The notes: generated by a model not told the origin, from the sequence alone. A DNA stretch of 29,487 bases from a virus (IMGVR_UViG_3300037423_001507:1-29487); one strand, 5' to 3'. Positions 1 to 9,589 are shown, numbered from the stretch's first letter. A program made the numbers and translations.

Positions 1-101
1 CGCGTGCCATCGTACAGGCGCAGCTTGGCGCCATTGCCAGCAAACGTCGTAATCGCATCGAGCTGCGCGTTGCGCAGCCCTGCGTTGTAGCCAGTCGTCA
101 T
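1..101 (-). CDS. 5' part of a phage late-region protein (MTTGYNAGLRNAQLDAITTFAGNGAKLRLYDGTR...), truncated by the window edge
   Basis: ATG at 101 preceded by AAGGA; frame is open to the window edge; lies downstream of the late promoter. Confidence 0.6.
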   Translation of the reverse strand, partial: MTTGYNAGLRNAQLDAITTFAGNGAKLRLYDGT

Positions 102-301
102 GTTGAATCCTTGAGTGTGCAGCCCATGCGCTCGGCAACAAGCGCCAGAAGCTGGTCATCTGTTTTGCCGACGACGTCGGCGGAGAAAATCGCTATTTGC
201 CCGCGCGCGCAGGGTACTGTGCAGATCACTGCGTCCGGGTCCCGCGCTCAGGCGCGGATGTCGGCAAGCCAGAAGGCCGCGTTTGCTACCGGCTCGTCCA
301 T
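98..301 (-). pseudogene. small hypothetical gene with an internal TGA at 248-250
   Basis: Frame reads MDEPVANAAFWLADIRA*ARDPDAVICTVPCARGQ...CTLKDST*; its final TGA overlaps the next gene's ATG (ATGA) and its start overlaps the upstream gene. Confidence 0.35.
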
Positions 302-537
302 ATGTCGTTGAGCAGCGCCAGCGTATTGATCGATGCCGGCACCTTCGCTGCAGTCGCTGCCAAACCCATGCCGGCTTCGCCGTAGCCCTTGTGGCGCAGC
401 GTGCTGTATGCCGTCGTCGCCTCCATCAGACGCGTTGCGATTGCATCGAGCTTGGCCGGGTCGGACGGCTTGACGCCCCACGCACCGTCGCCTAAGACAG
501 CGCGCAGGATCTCTTCTTTGAAGATTCGCGCGCTCAT
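286..537 (-). CDS. hypothetical phage protein (MSARIFKEEIL..., 83 aa)
   Basis: ORF in late-operon orientation with protein-like composition. Confidence 0.55.
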   Translation of the reverse strand: MSARIFKEEILRAVLGDGAWGVKPSDPAKLDAIATRLMEATTAYSTLRHKGYGEAGMGLAATAAKVPASINTLALLNDIWTSR

Positions 538-645
538 GTCAGCGGCGGGGATTGCGGAGCCATTCACGGTCCCGCTCGATTTGCACGAGGATCATCAGCC
601 AGGTGCGCTCGGCTTTGACAGACATCTGCATTGACTGACCCTCAG

Positions 646-684
646 AATAAAAAATGCCGCCGGTGCATTGCTGCGACAGGCGGC
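646..684 (-). terminator. Rho-independent terminator
   Basis: Minus strand GCCGCC...GGCGGC stem followed by ATTTTTTATT. Confidence 0.5.
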
Positions 685-1120
685 GAAGTCCAAAACCAGG
701 GATGGTTGGAGGAGACTGGTTGTGGCGGCCGGGATCTCCCAGCCCTGCGCGGGATGCGCTTGACCACAGGTTGACGACCTCTAGGTTTGCTCCTTGCCGG
801 TCTGTTCTATGGCTGGCGGCATCAGCCAGCCCATCCGAAAAGTCGTCAGCTTGTGGCCACTGGCTTACGACCAGTGAGGCGTCCGGTTACAGCGTCCGGC
901 GTCGAAGCGCGCGGCTTGTGGCGGCGCCCGACTGAGAAAATGGATTGTGCGTGGGTCGTAGGCTCATTGATTCGTTAAGGGATCGCCAGCCCCAAGCTAC
1001 CCGCTGCCCTATAAAGTGGCTAATTGCACGGTAAGCCGACTTCACAATCAGCTAGGAGGATGCTCGTCCCAGCTGGCCTCTTGCGAGGGCTTCAAGTCCC
1101 ATTGAGGGTACTCGGTACTA

Positions 1121-1252
1121 CTAACGTTCGAAGCGCGTCAGGCTGTCCACGGCATCGATAACGCGATCAGCGAGACAAATCACGAATCGGCATGAGACGT
1201 ACAGCCCGGCCGCGCCGAAAACGGCCAGCGCCAAAATGTCGGATGGTGCCAT
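1121..1252 (-). CDS. small hydrophobic protein (MAPSDILALAVFGAAGLYVSCRFVICL..., 43 aa)
   Basis: GGAG RBS upstream; one transmembrane-like stretch; below the ORF track length cutoff. Confidence 0.45.
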   Translation of the reverse strand: MAPSDILALAVFGAAGLYVSCRFVICLADRVIDAVDSLTRFER

Positions 1253-1264
1253 TGCGAACTCCAA

Positions 1265-1408
1265 TTAGGGCTGGTTATAGGCCAGTGCGCAGTTCCATTC
1301 CTGCCCGCTGCGCTTCATGAAGCGGCGAACAGCTTTTGAAACACCGAGCTTGCCAGCGAGATAGCGTTTGCGCTGGATTCGTTCGGCCTGCTCGCGGGTC
1401 TTGACCAT
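1265..1408 (-). CDS. small basic protein (MVKTREQAERIQRKRYL..., 47 aa)
   Basis: GGAGA RBS; first ORF after the tR'-like terminator. Confidence 0.45.
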   Translation of the reverse strand: MVKTREQAERIQRKRYLAGKLGVSKAVRRFMKRSGQEWNCALAYNQP

Positions 1409-1420
1409 TCGATCTCCGGA

Positions 1421-1457
1421 AATGAAAAAGCCCGCTTACCTCTCGGCGCGGGCTTCG
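1421..1457 (-). terminator. tR'-like intrinsic terminator of the late leader
   Basis: Minus strand AAGCCCGC-GCCGAGAGGTAA-GCGGGCTT followed by TTTCATTT. Confidence 0.7.
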
Positions 1458-1598
1458 ATTATTCGGTTACATCACACATTTCGTATAGGCGAGCGCAGGC
1501 GACTCTTGGGGGGCTTGCACTGCTATCAGTCTCGGATATCGGTGTCAGCTTGGCGCTGTCTAGTACGAGTCCGAGAGAAATGTGTGTTGAGGGTTCTA

Positions 1599-1627
1599 AT
1601 GATGCTGATTGCTCGAGCTCGTGTCAA
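1599..1627 (-). promoter_or_regulatory. pR'-like late promoter
   Basis: Minus strand TTGACA (1627-1622), 17 bp spacer, CATCAT (1604-1599); downstream of the Q-like gene and about 140 nt upstream of a terminator, as in lambda pR'/tR'. Confidence 0.5.
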
Positions 1628-1641
1628 CAGGCGCGTTCAAT

Positions 1642-2019
1642 TTATTCGCGCCGCAGTTCATCGGGCACCAAGTAGCCGTAGACGCTACCTACTATCGTAC
1701 GGCACAGCGCCTCCAAGTGGCTGTCACCGCAGCTACTGCCGACCCGGCCTCTGTAGGTGATGTCGGCAAACACCGTTTTGCCGGTTGAGTCACCGTGCGC
1801 GGTGAAGGTGGGGTTCTGTTCATCGATCAGGGGCCCGCCGTGCGACCAGTCGCTCGAGGGCGCGAAGCGTTCACGACCACGCGCTGTCGTACGCACACAG
1901 ATCATGCTGTCGGTACGCGGCACCTGTTCGATCGACAGTTCGGCGGCCGGGACGCCAATGGCACGAGCGGTCCAGTAGTCGAGCAGGGCGCCGGTCAGCT
2001 TGTCGGACCTATCAGCCAT
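1642..2019 (-). CDS. NinX/DUF2591-like phage protein
   Basis: LTGALLDYWTARA and FAPSSDWSHGGPLID motifs; start set at MADRSD. Confidence 0.7.
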   Translation of the reverse strand: MADRSDKLTGALLDYWTARAIGVPAAELSIEQVPRTDSMICVRTTARGRERFAPSSDWSHGGPLIDEQNPTFTAHGDSTGKTVFADITYRGRVGSSCGDSHLEALCRTIVGSVYGYLVPDELRRE

Positions 2020-2588
2020 CACGCCTCCCTCCGCAGCTTCACGCTCGCCACGCCGGCGTGTACCTGCTCCAGCGCCAGCAGCTCGTCGGACATCTGTCGC
2101 GCCAGTTCGATCTCGTAGGCTGACAGCTTGCACTCGGGTGTGCTGACGATCTGCGCGATCTTGGTCCCCTTGCAGGCCGGGCAGATCATCGTTACGCCCG
2201 CCTCGCGCTTGCTGCCGGTACCGGTGCACACCGGGCAGTTGCTGGCCAAGTAGTGCGCCAGCGAGACCTGGGCGACCTTCTCGACCATGCGCGGGAACAG
2301 GTGGCCGATCTTGGGCCAGTCGGCCTGCTTGATCCATTGACGCGCCCGAGCCTTCTTCTCGACGATCGCGCGCCATTCGCGCTCGAGCTGCACCATCGAG
2401 TGCGCGTCGCCTTCGAAGCAGCGCTTCATCGCATTGCCGTACTTGACCCGGTGCAGCAGCGAGCCGATGTCGCGCGCGTAGCGGTCCGCCAGCCCGGAGG
2501 CTTGGAGCACTTCGACCTGGTGGTGCACGGCGTCATCCGTCAGGTCGTTCGATCCGCATGCGTGAAGGTGGCGTTCGGCAAAGCTCAT
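2019..2588 (-). CDS. antitermination protein Q-like
   Basis: CPVCTGTG...CPACKGT zinc finger; last early-right genes before pR'/tR'. Confidence 0.65.
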   Translation of the reverse strand: MSFAERHLHACGSNDLTDDAVHHQVEVLQASGLADRYARDIGSLLHRVKYGNAMKRCFEGDAHSMVQLEREWRAIVEKKARARQWIKQADWPKIGHLFPRMVEKVAQVSLAHYLASNCPVCTGTGSKREAGVTMICPACKGTKIAQIVSTPECKLSAYEIELARQMSDELLALEQVHAGVASVKLRREA

Positions 2589-2702
2589 GTGGCGCGCTGG
2601 TCTCCGTTGAGTCGTGTGGAATGTACCACACGAGCACCCGATGACAGTGCAATGTGGTAACGGGTGTTGGCGGCGTTGTTAACCGCCAACATCCCTCGCG
2701 AG

Positions 2703-3203
2703 CTACGCCGCTTTCTGCATCTGCTCGTACATGCGCCCCACGTCGTCCATCGCGCCACTCGCGTGCAACTGCTTGACGCGGTTGACCGCGCGCCCCAGCT
2801 CCGCCTGGGTGCACAGCCGGAGCTGAGCGCGATACATCGCCAGCGCCTCGTCGATCGCAGCCAGCTCGGCGCCGTAGCAAGTGGCCGAGCCCTTGCCGAT
2901 CATCCGGAAGGCGATCGAGCGCAACGCCTGCTGTCCGGCGAGGATTTGCGGGAGCAAGTTCGAGCCGATCTGCAGCTTGGCCAGCTCCTCGGCGATGTTC
3001 AGCGCCTGGCAGACCACGTTCCAGTCCTCGCGCGCGGCCCTGCCCTGCTTGAGCAGCAGGACTGCGGCGTCGACGGGCCGCACCGTCGCCTGCTGCGATG
3101 CGAGCGGAAGGGTGTGTACGCCGGCGATTGCCCAGCTGATCGGGTCAGTCTGGACGTGGCGTGGCCGGTACGACTTTTGGCGTTTCGACTTCTGCTTGCT
3201 CAT
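2703..3203 (-). CDS. hypothetical phage protein
   Basis: 166 aa ORF coupled to the DnaC-like gene by an ATGA overlap. Confidence 0.7.
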   Translation of the reverse strand: MSKQKSKRQKSYRPRHVQTDPISWAIAGVHTLPLASQQATVRPVDAAVLLLKQGRAAREDWNVVCQALNIAEELAKLQIGSNLLPQILAGQQALRSIAFRMIGKGSATCYGAELAAIDEALAMYRAQLRLCTQAELGRAVNRVKQLHASGAMDDVGRMYEQMQKAA

Positions 3204-3952
3204 GCCGCCCTCCGGAAGCTTGGCCAGCTGAACGCGCAGACGTAGGCGTTTTCGTGCAGGCGGTCAGCAACGCGGTCGCCGACGAAGCGCGCGAGCGTGT
3301 CGAAGGCCTGGTTGGTGATGACGACGACCGGCTTTTCCGCGTTGTAGCGGCGGTTGATGATCTCGGTGAGGAGCAAGTTCGCGTTCTCGCTCGAGCGCTT
3401 GGCGTCGATCTCGTCGATGATCAGAACGTCGTACTGCGCAAAGCGGGCGATCTCGGTTTCCTCGCTCTTCCCCTCGGTGCCGTAGGTCGCCTGGACCTCG
3501 CTGACGATGGTCTGGGCGGTCGCGTAGCGCACCGACAGACCGAGCTTGTCGATCAGCGCCACCGCCAGCTCGCAGGCCAGCAGCGTCTTGCCGGTGCCGA
3601 CACCGCCGACCAGCGCCAGCACCGTCCAGCGCAAGCGCTGCGCGATCTGGTCGCGAAAGGCTTTGACCGTGCCGCGCGCGACCTTCTGGTCCGGCGTCAC
3701 GGCTGCAAACTTCTGGTCCCGGTACTTCTGCGGGATTGCCGCGACCGAATGCAGGTGGGTCGATCGCTCCACCTTCCATCGCTCGTCCCGCTCAGCCTTG
3801 AGCGTGCTGTCCATGCACTTCGGGCAGTACCACGCGTGGCCAGGGCGGACGTAGACCTCGCGCCGCCCGTGCTCGCCACAGTCTCCGGCGAGCAGTTCGA
3901 GGTTAGCGCACGGGAGCATCGCGCCGATGTGTTGCAGCGTTTCCGTTGTCAT
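3200..3952 (-). CDS. DnaC/IstB-like AAA+ ATPase (helicase loader)
   Basis: Walker A GGVGTGKT, Walker B VLIIDEID, IINRRY..KP..ITN and DRVADRL motifs. Confidence 0.9.
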   Translation of the reverse strand: MTTETLQHIGAMLPCANLELLAGDCGEHGRREVYVRPGHAWYCPKCMDSTLKAERDERWKVERSTHLHSVAAIPQKYRDQKFAAVTPDQKVARGTVKAFRDQIAQRLRWTVLALVGGVGTGKTLLACELAVALIDKLGLSVRYATAQTIVSEVQATYGTEGKSEETEIARFAQYDVLIIDEIDAKRSSENANLLLTEIINRRYNAEKPVVVITNQAFDTLARFVGDRVADRLHENAYVCAFSWPSFRRAA

Positions 3953-4890
3953 AACTCGATGTCTCCTTCCGGGATCACGATGCCGTGGCGGGCAATCGTC
4001 TGCTCGGCGGCCGCGAGATCGCCGCTGCGGTCGATGCCGTCGAAGTTGAACTTGAGGTTGCCGACAGGCGCGACGGTCGTCTTCGCCGCCTTGCGCACCA
4101 GGTCGGCCACGATCTTGCTCAGGTAGCCGACCGAGATAGGCTCACCCGGCTTGCGCATCTTCGCCATGTCCGCCGCCTCGGCGATGTAGCGCATGTCGAC
4201 GCCCTGGGTCGCCCAGGCCTGCACGTCTGGGTGCACCGAATTCGCGTTGATGCCCATGCGCCTCAGGGCAGTCGATATCTGGATCGCAGGGTCCTCCGCG
4301 GCGCGCTCCATCGTCTGCAGCACGTGCGATTCGGCGCCGGTCGTCGCTGGCGGCGTCCCCGCCGTGGCGGGCGTGGTGGCGCTCGTATTTTCCTGTTCTT
4401 GTTCTTGCTCCTGTTCTTGTTCTTGGCTTCGAAGGGGCTTGTAAGGGGCTTGCAAGGGGCTTTCGAAAACGCGCCTTTTGGACATGTGAAATGCCTTGGC
4501 GTATTTATCGTAAAACGCTGATAAATAAGGGTTTTTCAGCAGGTTGTCATACTCGTTCTGGATGCCCTTGCAGCGGTTATCCCGGGGTTCGAGCGAGTCG
4601 GCAATCTGGAACCTTGCCATCTCATACACCCAGACCATCTGCGAGTCGTCGTCGTAGGCACAGAACCCCGCTTCGATGGCGCTTCGAAGCCCCTTCGAAG
4701 CCCCTTCCAAGCCAAGCCCGGTTTCATCGGCGATGGTGCCGATCGAGAGGTAATACAAGCCGAGCATGTTGGCGGTCGGCGCCGTCATCAGGTACATACC
4801 GACGACGACCGCCTCGGGGCCGGCGCGGCGCAACGCCTTGCCGGTGGCCCCGATCCAGAACTTCGGGCCGACCTTCGCATAGTCACGCAT
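3949..4890 (-). CDS. phage replication initiator (lambda O-analogue)
   Basis: N-terminal wHTH-like region (GLYYLSIGTIADETGL), central QEQEQE linker, internal iteron-like repeats, upstream of the DnaC-like gene. Confidence 0.8.
   Translation of the reverse strand: MRDYAKVGPKFWIGATGKALRRAGPEAVVVGMYLMTAPTANMLGLYYLSIGTIADETGLGLEGASKGLRSAIEAGFCAYDDDSQMVWVYEMARFQIADSLEPRDNRCKGIQNEYDNLLKNPYLSAFYDKYAKAFHMSKRRVFESPLQAPYKPLRSQEQEQEQEQEQENTSATTPATAGTPPATTGAESHVLQTMERAAEDPAIQISTALRRMGINANSVHPDVQAWATQGVDMRYIAEAADMAKMRKPGEPISVGYLSKIVADLVRKAAKTTVAPVGNLKFNFDGIDRSGDLAAAEQTIARHGIVIPEGDIEL
4391..4713. repeat. putative replication origin iterons
   Basis: Three tandem 11-mers AAGGGGCTT(GT/GC/TC) at 4432-4464; inverted copies AAGCCCCTTC(G/C) at 4687-4713; adjacent hexamer repeat tract at 4391-4424. 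Confidence 0.6.
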
Positions 4891-4902
4891 CTACGACTCC
4901 TT

Positions 4903-7509
4903 TCACGCCGCTTGCTGCAAGGCGTCTGCCGCCTCGAAGTCGAACAGCGTCGGCACCGACAGCTCGCGGTCCATCGCGCGGCAGTAATGCACCTGGTCAG
5001 CGAAATACGCAGGGTTCAACTCGGACCCCATACCATAGCGCCCCAGCTTCATCGCGCGCACCGGTACCGTGCCGAGGCCGCAGAACGGGTCATAGACGAC
5101 GTCTCCCGGGTTGCTGTATCGCTGGATCAGGCGGTCAACGATATCGATCTGGAACGGGCATACATGCTTCTCGACTGCACGGGCCGACTGCTCGCCGTTC
5201 AGGGTCTTCATTCGCACCACGTCGTGCCAGACCATGGGATCGTGGCTGCCGGGAGCCAGGCTCATATAGTCGGCCGGCAGCGTCTTGTTGGCCAGCATGG
5301 CTTCGCCTACAGCGACGTGGTACTCGTAGTTGTAGACGTTCTCCAGTGACAGCTGCGTGAACAACTTGGCCAGCTTGCCGGGCCCGTAGCCAGCCAGCTC
5401 CGGGGCCGACAGTAGGCGGTCGCCGCTCGAGCGCCAGAACGCATGCGCGTCGATCTGCCAGCGCGCCACGCTGTATCCGGTGCCGGGAACCGGCGGCAAC
5501 TTACGTTCGAAATCGACCCTGGCGCCGTCGTCGTCCAGGCACAGCGGCTTGGCCTTAGTCACCGGGACGTCGGCGTAACCGCGGCTGCGGTCTGACTGTG
5601 GCTTATGGAACAACAGGATGTACTCGGGCGAGCCGACGCCCATCTTGGTACCGTCCTTGCACACTTCCGAATATCCAAGCCGGTAGGTCTGGTTGTTCTC
5701 GCGAACCACGTCGGTCACCACGGTGATCATGCCCATGTAGTCGAAGCCATGCTTGCGGCCGTGGAAGATCGCCTCGGCATGGAACGGGCTCACAGTCGGG
5801 ATGCCGGCGCCAGTCACGTTGCCGAAGTTGATCCGGTCCTTCACGTGGCAGGCGTAGATGCGGCCGGGCTGCAGGATCCGGTACAGCTGCGGCGTCAGGT
5901 AGTCCATCTGGGCCCAGAAGTGGTCGTTGTCCTGCGTGTGACCGAAGTCGTTGTAGCTCGGCGTGTATTCGTAGTGGTTGGCGAACGGGATCGAGGTGAC
6001 GATCAGGCCGACAGAGTTGTCAGGCTGCTCGATCGCCTCCAACACGCAATCGTTATTGGCGACGCTGAAGCGCTCGCCGTGCGCGATCTGACGCTCGACG
6101 CCGATCGTGCGCGCCAACGAGTTCTGCATCGACAGCTGGTCTAGGCCGTAGGTGCGGATGATCTCTGCCATCTTGGCCTGCATGGCCTCGTGCTGCCGCC
6201 ACTTCTTTTGCAGCTCGACCAGCACGGCGCGCTCAACCTCGGTATGGATAATGTCAATCCGGACCGGATGCTGCTGCTGAAAGCGCTGGATACGGTGGAT
6301 CGCCTGGATGAAGTCGTTGAACTTGAACCCGATGCCAGCGAAGATCGCGCGGTGGCAGTGTCGCTGGAAGTTGCATCCGCTGCCGGCGATGATCGGCTTG
6401 GTCGAGAGGTACTTGATCTTCCCGTCGCTGAAATCCGCAATGCGCTGCTCGCGCTCGTCCAGGTCCTGCGTGCCCCACACGCTAACCGCCGCTGGAATCG
6501 TCTGCTGGATCGCGTGGCGCTCATCCTCGAGGTCGTGCCAGATCAGAAAGTGGTCTTCCTGATCGTCGGCGATGATCTCCGCCACCTTAGCGACACGACC
6601 AGGCAGGCTGTCGCGCTTCTCGCCTGCCGCGGCGGACAGTCCCATCGCGACGTTCGGGATTAACAGGCCTTGACCGTTCTTCTCGGCGCCGGCGGCATCG
6701 TAGTTACTCAGGACCTCGTGGTAGCGCACGTCCAACGGCGGCAGCACGTAGCCCTCGTCCGAGTGCCCCAGGTCACTCGGCTTCTGGATGAAGCACGCCC
6801 AGCTGGCCACCCACAGCCAGAACTCTTGCTCCTTATGCGGGTACAGCGTCAGGTTGCCTGCCTTCTCGCTATCACGCTGGAAGAAACGCGTCAGCGCTTG
6901 GCCGGTGTCCATCACACCGAGGAAGCCGGCGTAGTGGATCAGTTCCTTAAAGCGGTTCGGGCTGGGGGTGGCGGTGAACACGAATTTGAATTCGATGCCA
7001 TCGAACAGCGGCATAAATTCCTGGTACGTCTTACTGCCGAAGCTACGGAGGACGCTCGCTTCGTCCAGAGCGACCGCACGGAAGCGGCTGACGTCGAGCT
7101 TACCGTCGCGCACGCTCTCGTAGTTGGTCATGTAGATCACGACATCGTCAACGATCTCGGCCGTCGACCGGATAAAGCGCAGCTGCAGTGCGCACTCGCC
7201 AGTGAAGCGCTCGGCCGCCTCGCGCACGAACTCCTGGCGTACGCCAAGCGGCAGGACGATCAGGCGTAGGCCCGGACGGTGAATGCCAATCTGGCGCATG
7301 ATCTCGAGGTTGGTCGCGGTCTTGTGCAGCCCGAACGATGCGAACACCGCACGTTGACCGCCGGCGAGAGCCCAGCGAACGATGTCGCGCGTATGGGGTT
7401 TCAGGCCAGGATTGATCTGTGCGAGCGGGACATCGAATCCCCGAGTCGGCGCCAGCTTGATCTTGTTTTTAAGAAACTCGTGGTAGTCGGCTAAAATGTT
7501 GGAAGCCAC
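4903..7509 (-). CDS. SNF2-like helicase / N4-N6 DNA methyltransferase fusion
   Basis: N-terminal helicase motifs (FGLHKT, ALDEAS, TATPSPN, QAIHRIQRFQQ); C-terminal MTase motifs TSIPF and DPFCGLGT. Confidence 0.85.
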   Translation of the reverse strand: MASNILADYHEFLKNKIKLAPTRGFDVPLAQINPGLKPHTRDIVRWALAGGQRAVFASFGLHKTATNLEIMRQIGIHRPGLRLIVLPLGVRQEFVREAAERFTGECALQLRFIRSTAEIVDDVVIYMTNYESVRDGKLDVSRFRAVALDEASVLRSFGSKTYQEFMPLFDGIEFKFVFTATPSPNRFKELIHYAGFLGVMDTGQALTRFFQRDSEKAGNLTLYPHKEQEFWLWVASWACFIQKPSDLGHSDEGYVLPPLDVRYHEVLSNYDAAGAEKNGQGLLIPNVAMGLSAAAGEKRDSLPGRVAKVAEIIADDQEDHFLIWHDLEDERHAIQQTIPAAVSVWGTQDLDEREQRIADFSDGKIKYLSTKPIIAGSGCNFQRHCHRAIFAGIGFKFNDFIQAIHRIQRFQQQHPVRIDIIHTEVERAVLVELQKKWRQHEAMQAKMAEIIRTYGLDQLSMQNSLARTIGVERQIAHGERFSVANNDCVLEAIEQPDNSVGLIVTSIPFANHYEYTPSYNDFGHTQDNDHFWAQMDYLTPQLYRILQPGRIYACHVKDRINFGNVTGAGIPTVSPFHAEAIFHGRKHGFDYMGMITVVTDVVRENNQTYRLGYSEVCKDGTKMGVGSPEYILLFHKPQSDRSRGYADVPVTKAKPLCLDDDGARVDFERKLPPVPGTGYSVARWQIDAHAFWRSSGDRLLSAPELAGYGPGKLAKLFTQLSLENVYNYEYHVAVGEAMLANKTLPADYMSLAPGSHDPMVWHDVVRMKTLNGEQSARAVEKHVCPFQIDIVDRLIQRYSNPGDVVYDPFCGLGTVPVRAMKLGRYGMGSELNPAYFADQVHYCRAMDRELSVPTLFDFEAADALQQAA

Positions 7510-7587
7510 TTCAAATCTCCCTGGTGAAGGATTAGTTGTTGGTCAGGGACGCTTTCCGATGGCAGTCGGGCTGCGTCCCGCTTGGGT

Positions 7588-8190
7588 TTATGTCAACGCT
7601 GAGAACCACGTCTGCGGCCGGGCCTTCGCCTGCAAAACAGTCGCATCGGCCTGTTTGAGCCTGATGTGGCGGATGTACCGCGGATCTTCCTTGCCGCCCG
7701 CCTGCGCCTTGGCGATCGCATGCTTGATGCGCCGACGGTACTTGCGCTTGTGGTCCGCGTTCGTGCGCGCGGCCAGCGTGCACGGGACATCCTCGCCCGG
7801 ACCGGCGACGATGATCGGCTGGAAGGCTCCGGGGCCGACTGGTCGTTTCCAGCGGCCGGTGTGGCACAACTCGTTCTTCTTCATCGCCCGGACGCGGCTC
7901 TTGAGCGTGTTGGAGCTCACGCCAAGCTTGTTTGCCAGCGCGTCAAACGTTGCCGGCAGCAGCATCAGGATCTCCATTGCCTGGACATCGCCGACCGCTG
8001 GCTGGCAGCGCGGGCACTTGGTTTCGCCGCGGCGAATGCTCGGCGCCGCAGCGTTCAAAGTAAGGCCGCAGCTGCAGCTGACTCGCCAACGCGCGCAGCC
8101 GCTGGCAGTTGTGCCGTCTCGCGCGACGGTCGTGAGGTTCACATGCGGCGAAACTGGTGGTTTGGCCGTAAGTTGTCCTGGTTTGCTCAT
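7588..8190 (-). CDS. hypothetical protein with Cys pairs and an HTH-like segment
   Basis: CSCG and CPRC motifs; LANKLGVSSNTLKSRV; start set at MSKPGQ. Confidence 0.6.
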   Translation of the reverse strand: MSKPGQLTAKPPVSPHVNLTTVARDGTTASGCARWRVSCSCGLTLNAAAPSIRRGETKCPRCQPAVGDVQAMEILMLLPATFDALANKLGVSSNTLKSRVRAMKKNELCHTGRWKRPVGPGAFQPIIVAGPGEDVPCTLAARTNADHKRKYRRRIKHAIAKAQAGGKEDPRYIRHIRLKQADATVLQAKARPQTWFSALT

Positions 8191-8203
8191 GGCTGGCTCG
8201 CTT

Positions 8204-8692
8204 TCACGGCGTGGGATTCGACGTTTCGAGCGCGGTGATGGCCACGGCAAGCGCCGGCCAAGCGTGGCTGCTGACGCCGTACAGCGGTCCCGGTTTGGCC
8301 TTGGTGCCGATCTGCGGCGTCTTGCCTCCACCGACGCACGGGAACAGGTCCAGCAGCGCCTGGCGAATGTTGGCGTCCCTCGCCCGGGGATTGCCGCACA
8401 GGTGCAGCTTCACATTCTGGCGGTAGACCAGTTCGACGGCGTGGGGCGCGTGCCAGGCCTGCGTGAAGCGGCCGATCCAGACGCAGGTCTCGAACACCTC
8501 GCGCCCAACAGCCATGCCGTACGATGCGATCATCTCGATCGCGAGGCGGTGGCCGCTGGCGCAGTGGTGGTCCCACTGCACGTACTTGAGCATCTCGTCG
8601 TTCGGCATGACGCCGGCGGCGACGACAGCGCTGCCGTCATATAAGCACCAGCCGGACTGCGCCGGGCCCGGGTCGATGGCGAGGATCGTCAT
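8204..8692 (-). CDS. RuvC-like Holliday junction resolvase
   Basis: MTILAIDPG...SGW N-terminus, AIE motif and C-terminal HAWPALAVA helix. Confidence 0.75.
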   Translation of the reverse strand: MTILAIDPGPAQSGWCLYDGSAVVAAGVMPNDEMLKYVQWDHHCASGHRLAIEMIASYGMAVGREVFETCVWIGRFTQAWHAPHAVELVYRQNVKLHLCGNPRARDANIRQALLDLFPCVGGGKTPQIGTKAKPGPLYGVSSHAWPALAVAITALETSNPTP

Positions 8693-9162
8693 TCGATCAG
8701 TCCTTTCTGCCTAAGAATGGCGTGGGTCAGCATCCGCGCGTGGCGGAAGGTGGCGAGCAGGCCTTCGTGCGAGAGCCAGGCGGGGCGCGGACGGCGCCCG
8801 TCTAGCACGTCGTGGCAGCTCGAGCAGCCGAAGCAGGCCTCGGTGTCCGGCGCCTTCAGGCCCATCCCTTTGCCGTCAGCAAGCGAATTGGAATGGCACA
8901 GAACAGTCGACGCCGGGTCGCGATTGCAGACGCCGGGGATCGTCAGCGTGCAGTCCTGCCCGCGCGCTGCACGTCGAATCGGCGTCATCTTCGGCCGCGT
9001 CGGCTTGCGCAACCTGGTCACCTTCGGTAACCGCGACTCCTCTGATTGGCGCTTCGCCTTCGCCAGCAAGCCGGTCGACTTCGTGGCCAGCTTGCCGACG
9101 CGGTTCATCGGGGTGCGGCGCTGCAGGGGCTTGCCCTGCTTAAGTTGTGTCGAGCGCTTCAA
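8689..9162 (-). CDS. DUF1364/YbcO-like nuclease-domain protein
   Basis: AARGQDCTLTIPGVCN...TVLCH...GMGLK.PD...FGCSSCHD motif. Confidence 0.8.
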   Translation of the reverse strand: MKRSTQLKQGKPLQRRTPMNRVGKLATKSTGLLAKAKRQSEESRLPKVTRLRKPTRPKMTPIRRAARGQDCTLTIPGVCNRDPASTVLCHSNSLADGKGMGLKAPDTEACFGCSSCHDVLDGRRPRPAWLSHEGLLATFRHARMLTHAILRQKGLIE

Positions 9163-9166
9163 CGGT

Positions 9167-9589
9167 TCACGCCTTAGTTTGAAATGACGGCGCCGGGCGG
9201 ATCGACCAGGCCGGGATGTCAGTGCGGGTGCCGCGCGTGTTCGGTATGTATTCCCTGCGCAGCGGCGGGCGATGCATCAGATTGACCTGGCGCGGGGCGG
9301 CCACCTTCGGGCACGGCGCCGGCGGCGCGTCGCCCGCCTCCTCTGCGTAGTGGTTGCGGGCGAAGTCGGTCAGGTCAATCAGTCCATCATCGGTCCGGCG
9401 CAGCCAGCAGGTGTCGAAGGCGCGATTGAGCGCATCCAGGCGGCGCGAAGGTACGAGGCCGAAGCTGCCGAGGCTGAACACCTCCTGCTCGGTCTTCGGG
9501 CCGGTTTCGTAGATCGCCTTGCCGGCGATGTAGCTGCCCTGCTGCTTGTTGATTGGGATGCGCGGGCGGCATGCGGAAATGCGAGTCAT
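9167..9589 (-). CDS. hypothetical phage protein
   Basis: Start MTRISAC overlaps the stop of the upstream MTase gene (ATGA). Confidence 0.6.
   Translation of the reverse strand: MTRISACRPRIPINKQQGSYIAGKAIYETGPKTEQEVFSLGSFGLVPSRRLDALNRAFDTCWLRRTDDGLIDLTDFARNHYAEEAGDAPPAPCPKVAAPRQVNLMHRPPLRREYIPNTRGTRTDIPAWSIRPAPSFQTKA

Noticed and set aside
7496-8644. Long plus-strand ORF (382 aa) and similar antisense ORFs such as 3161-4126, 16235-17410 and 28685-29479
   Set aside because: Shadow ORFs of GC-rich genes on the opposite strand, with no motifs or RBS
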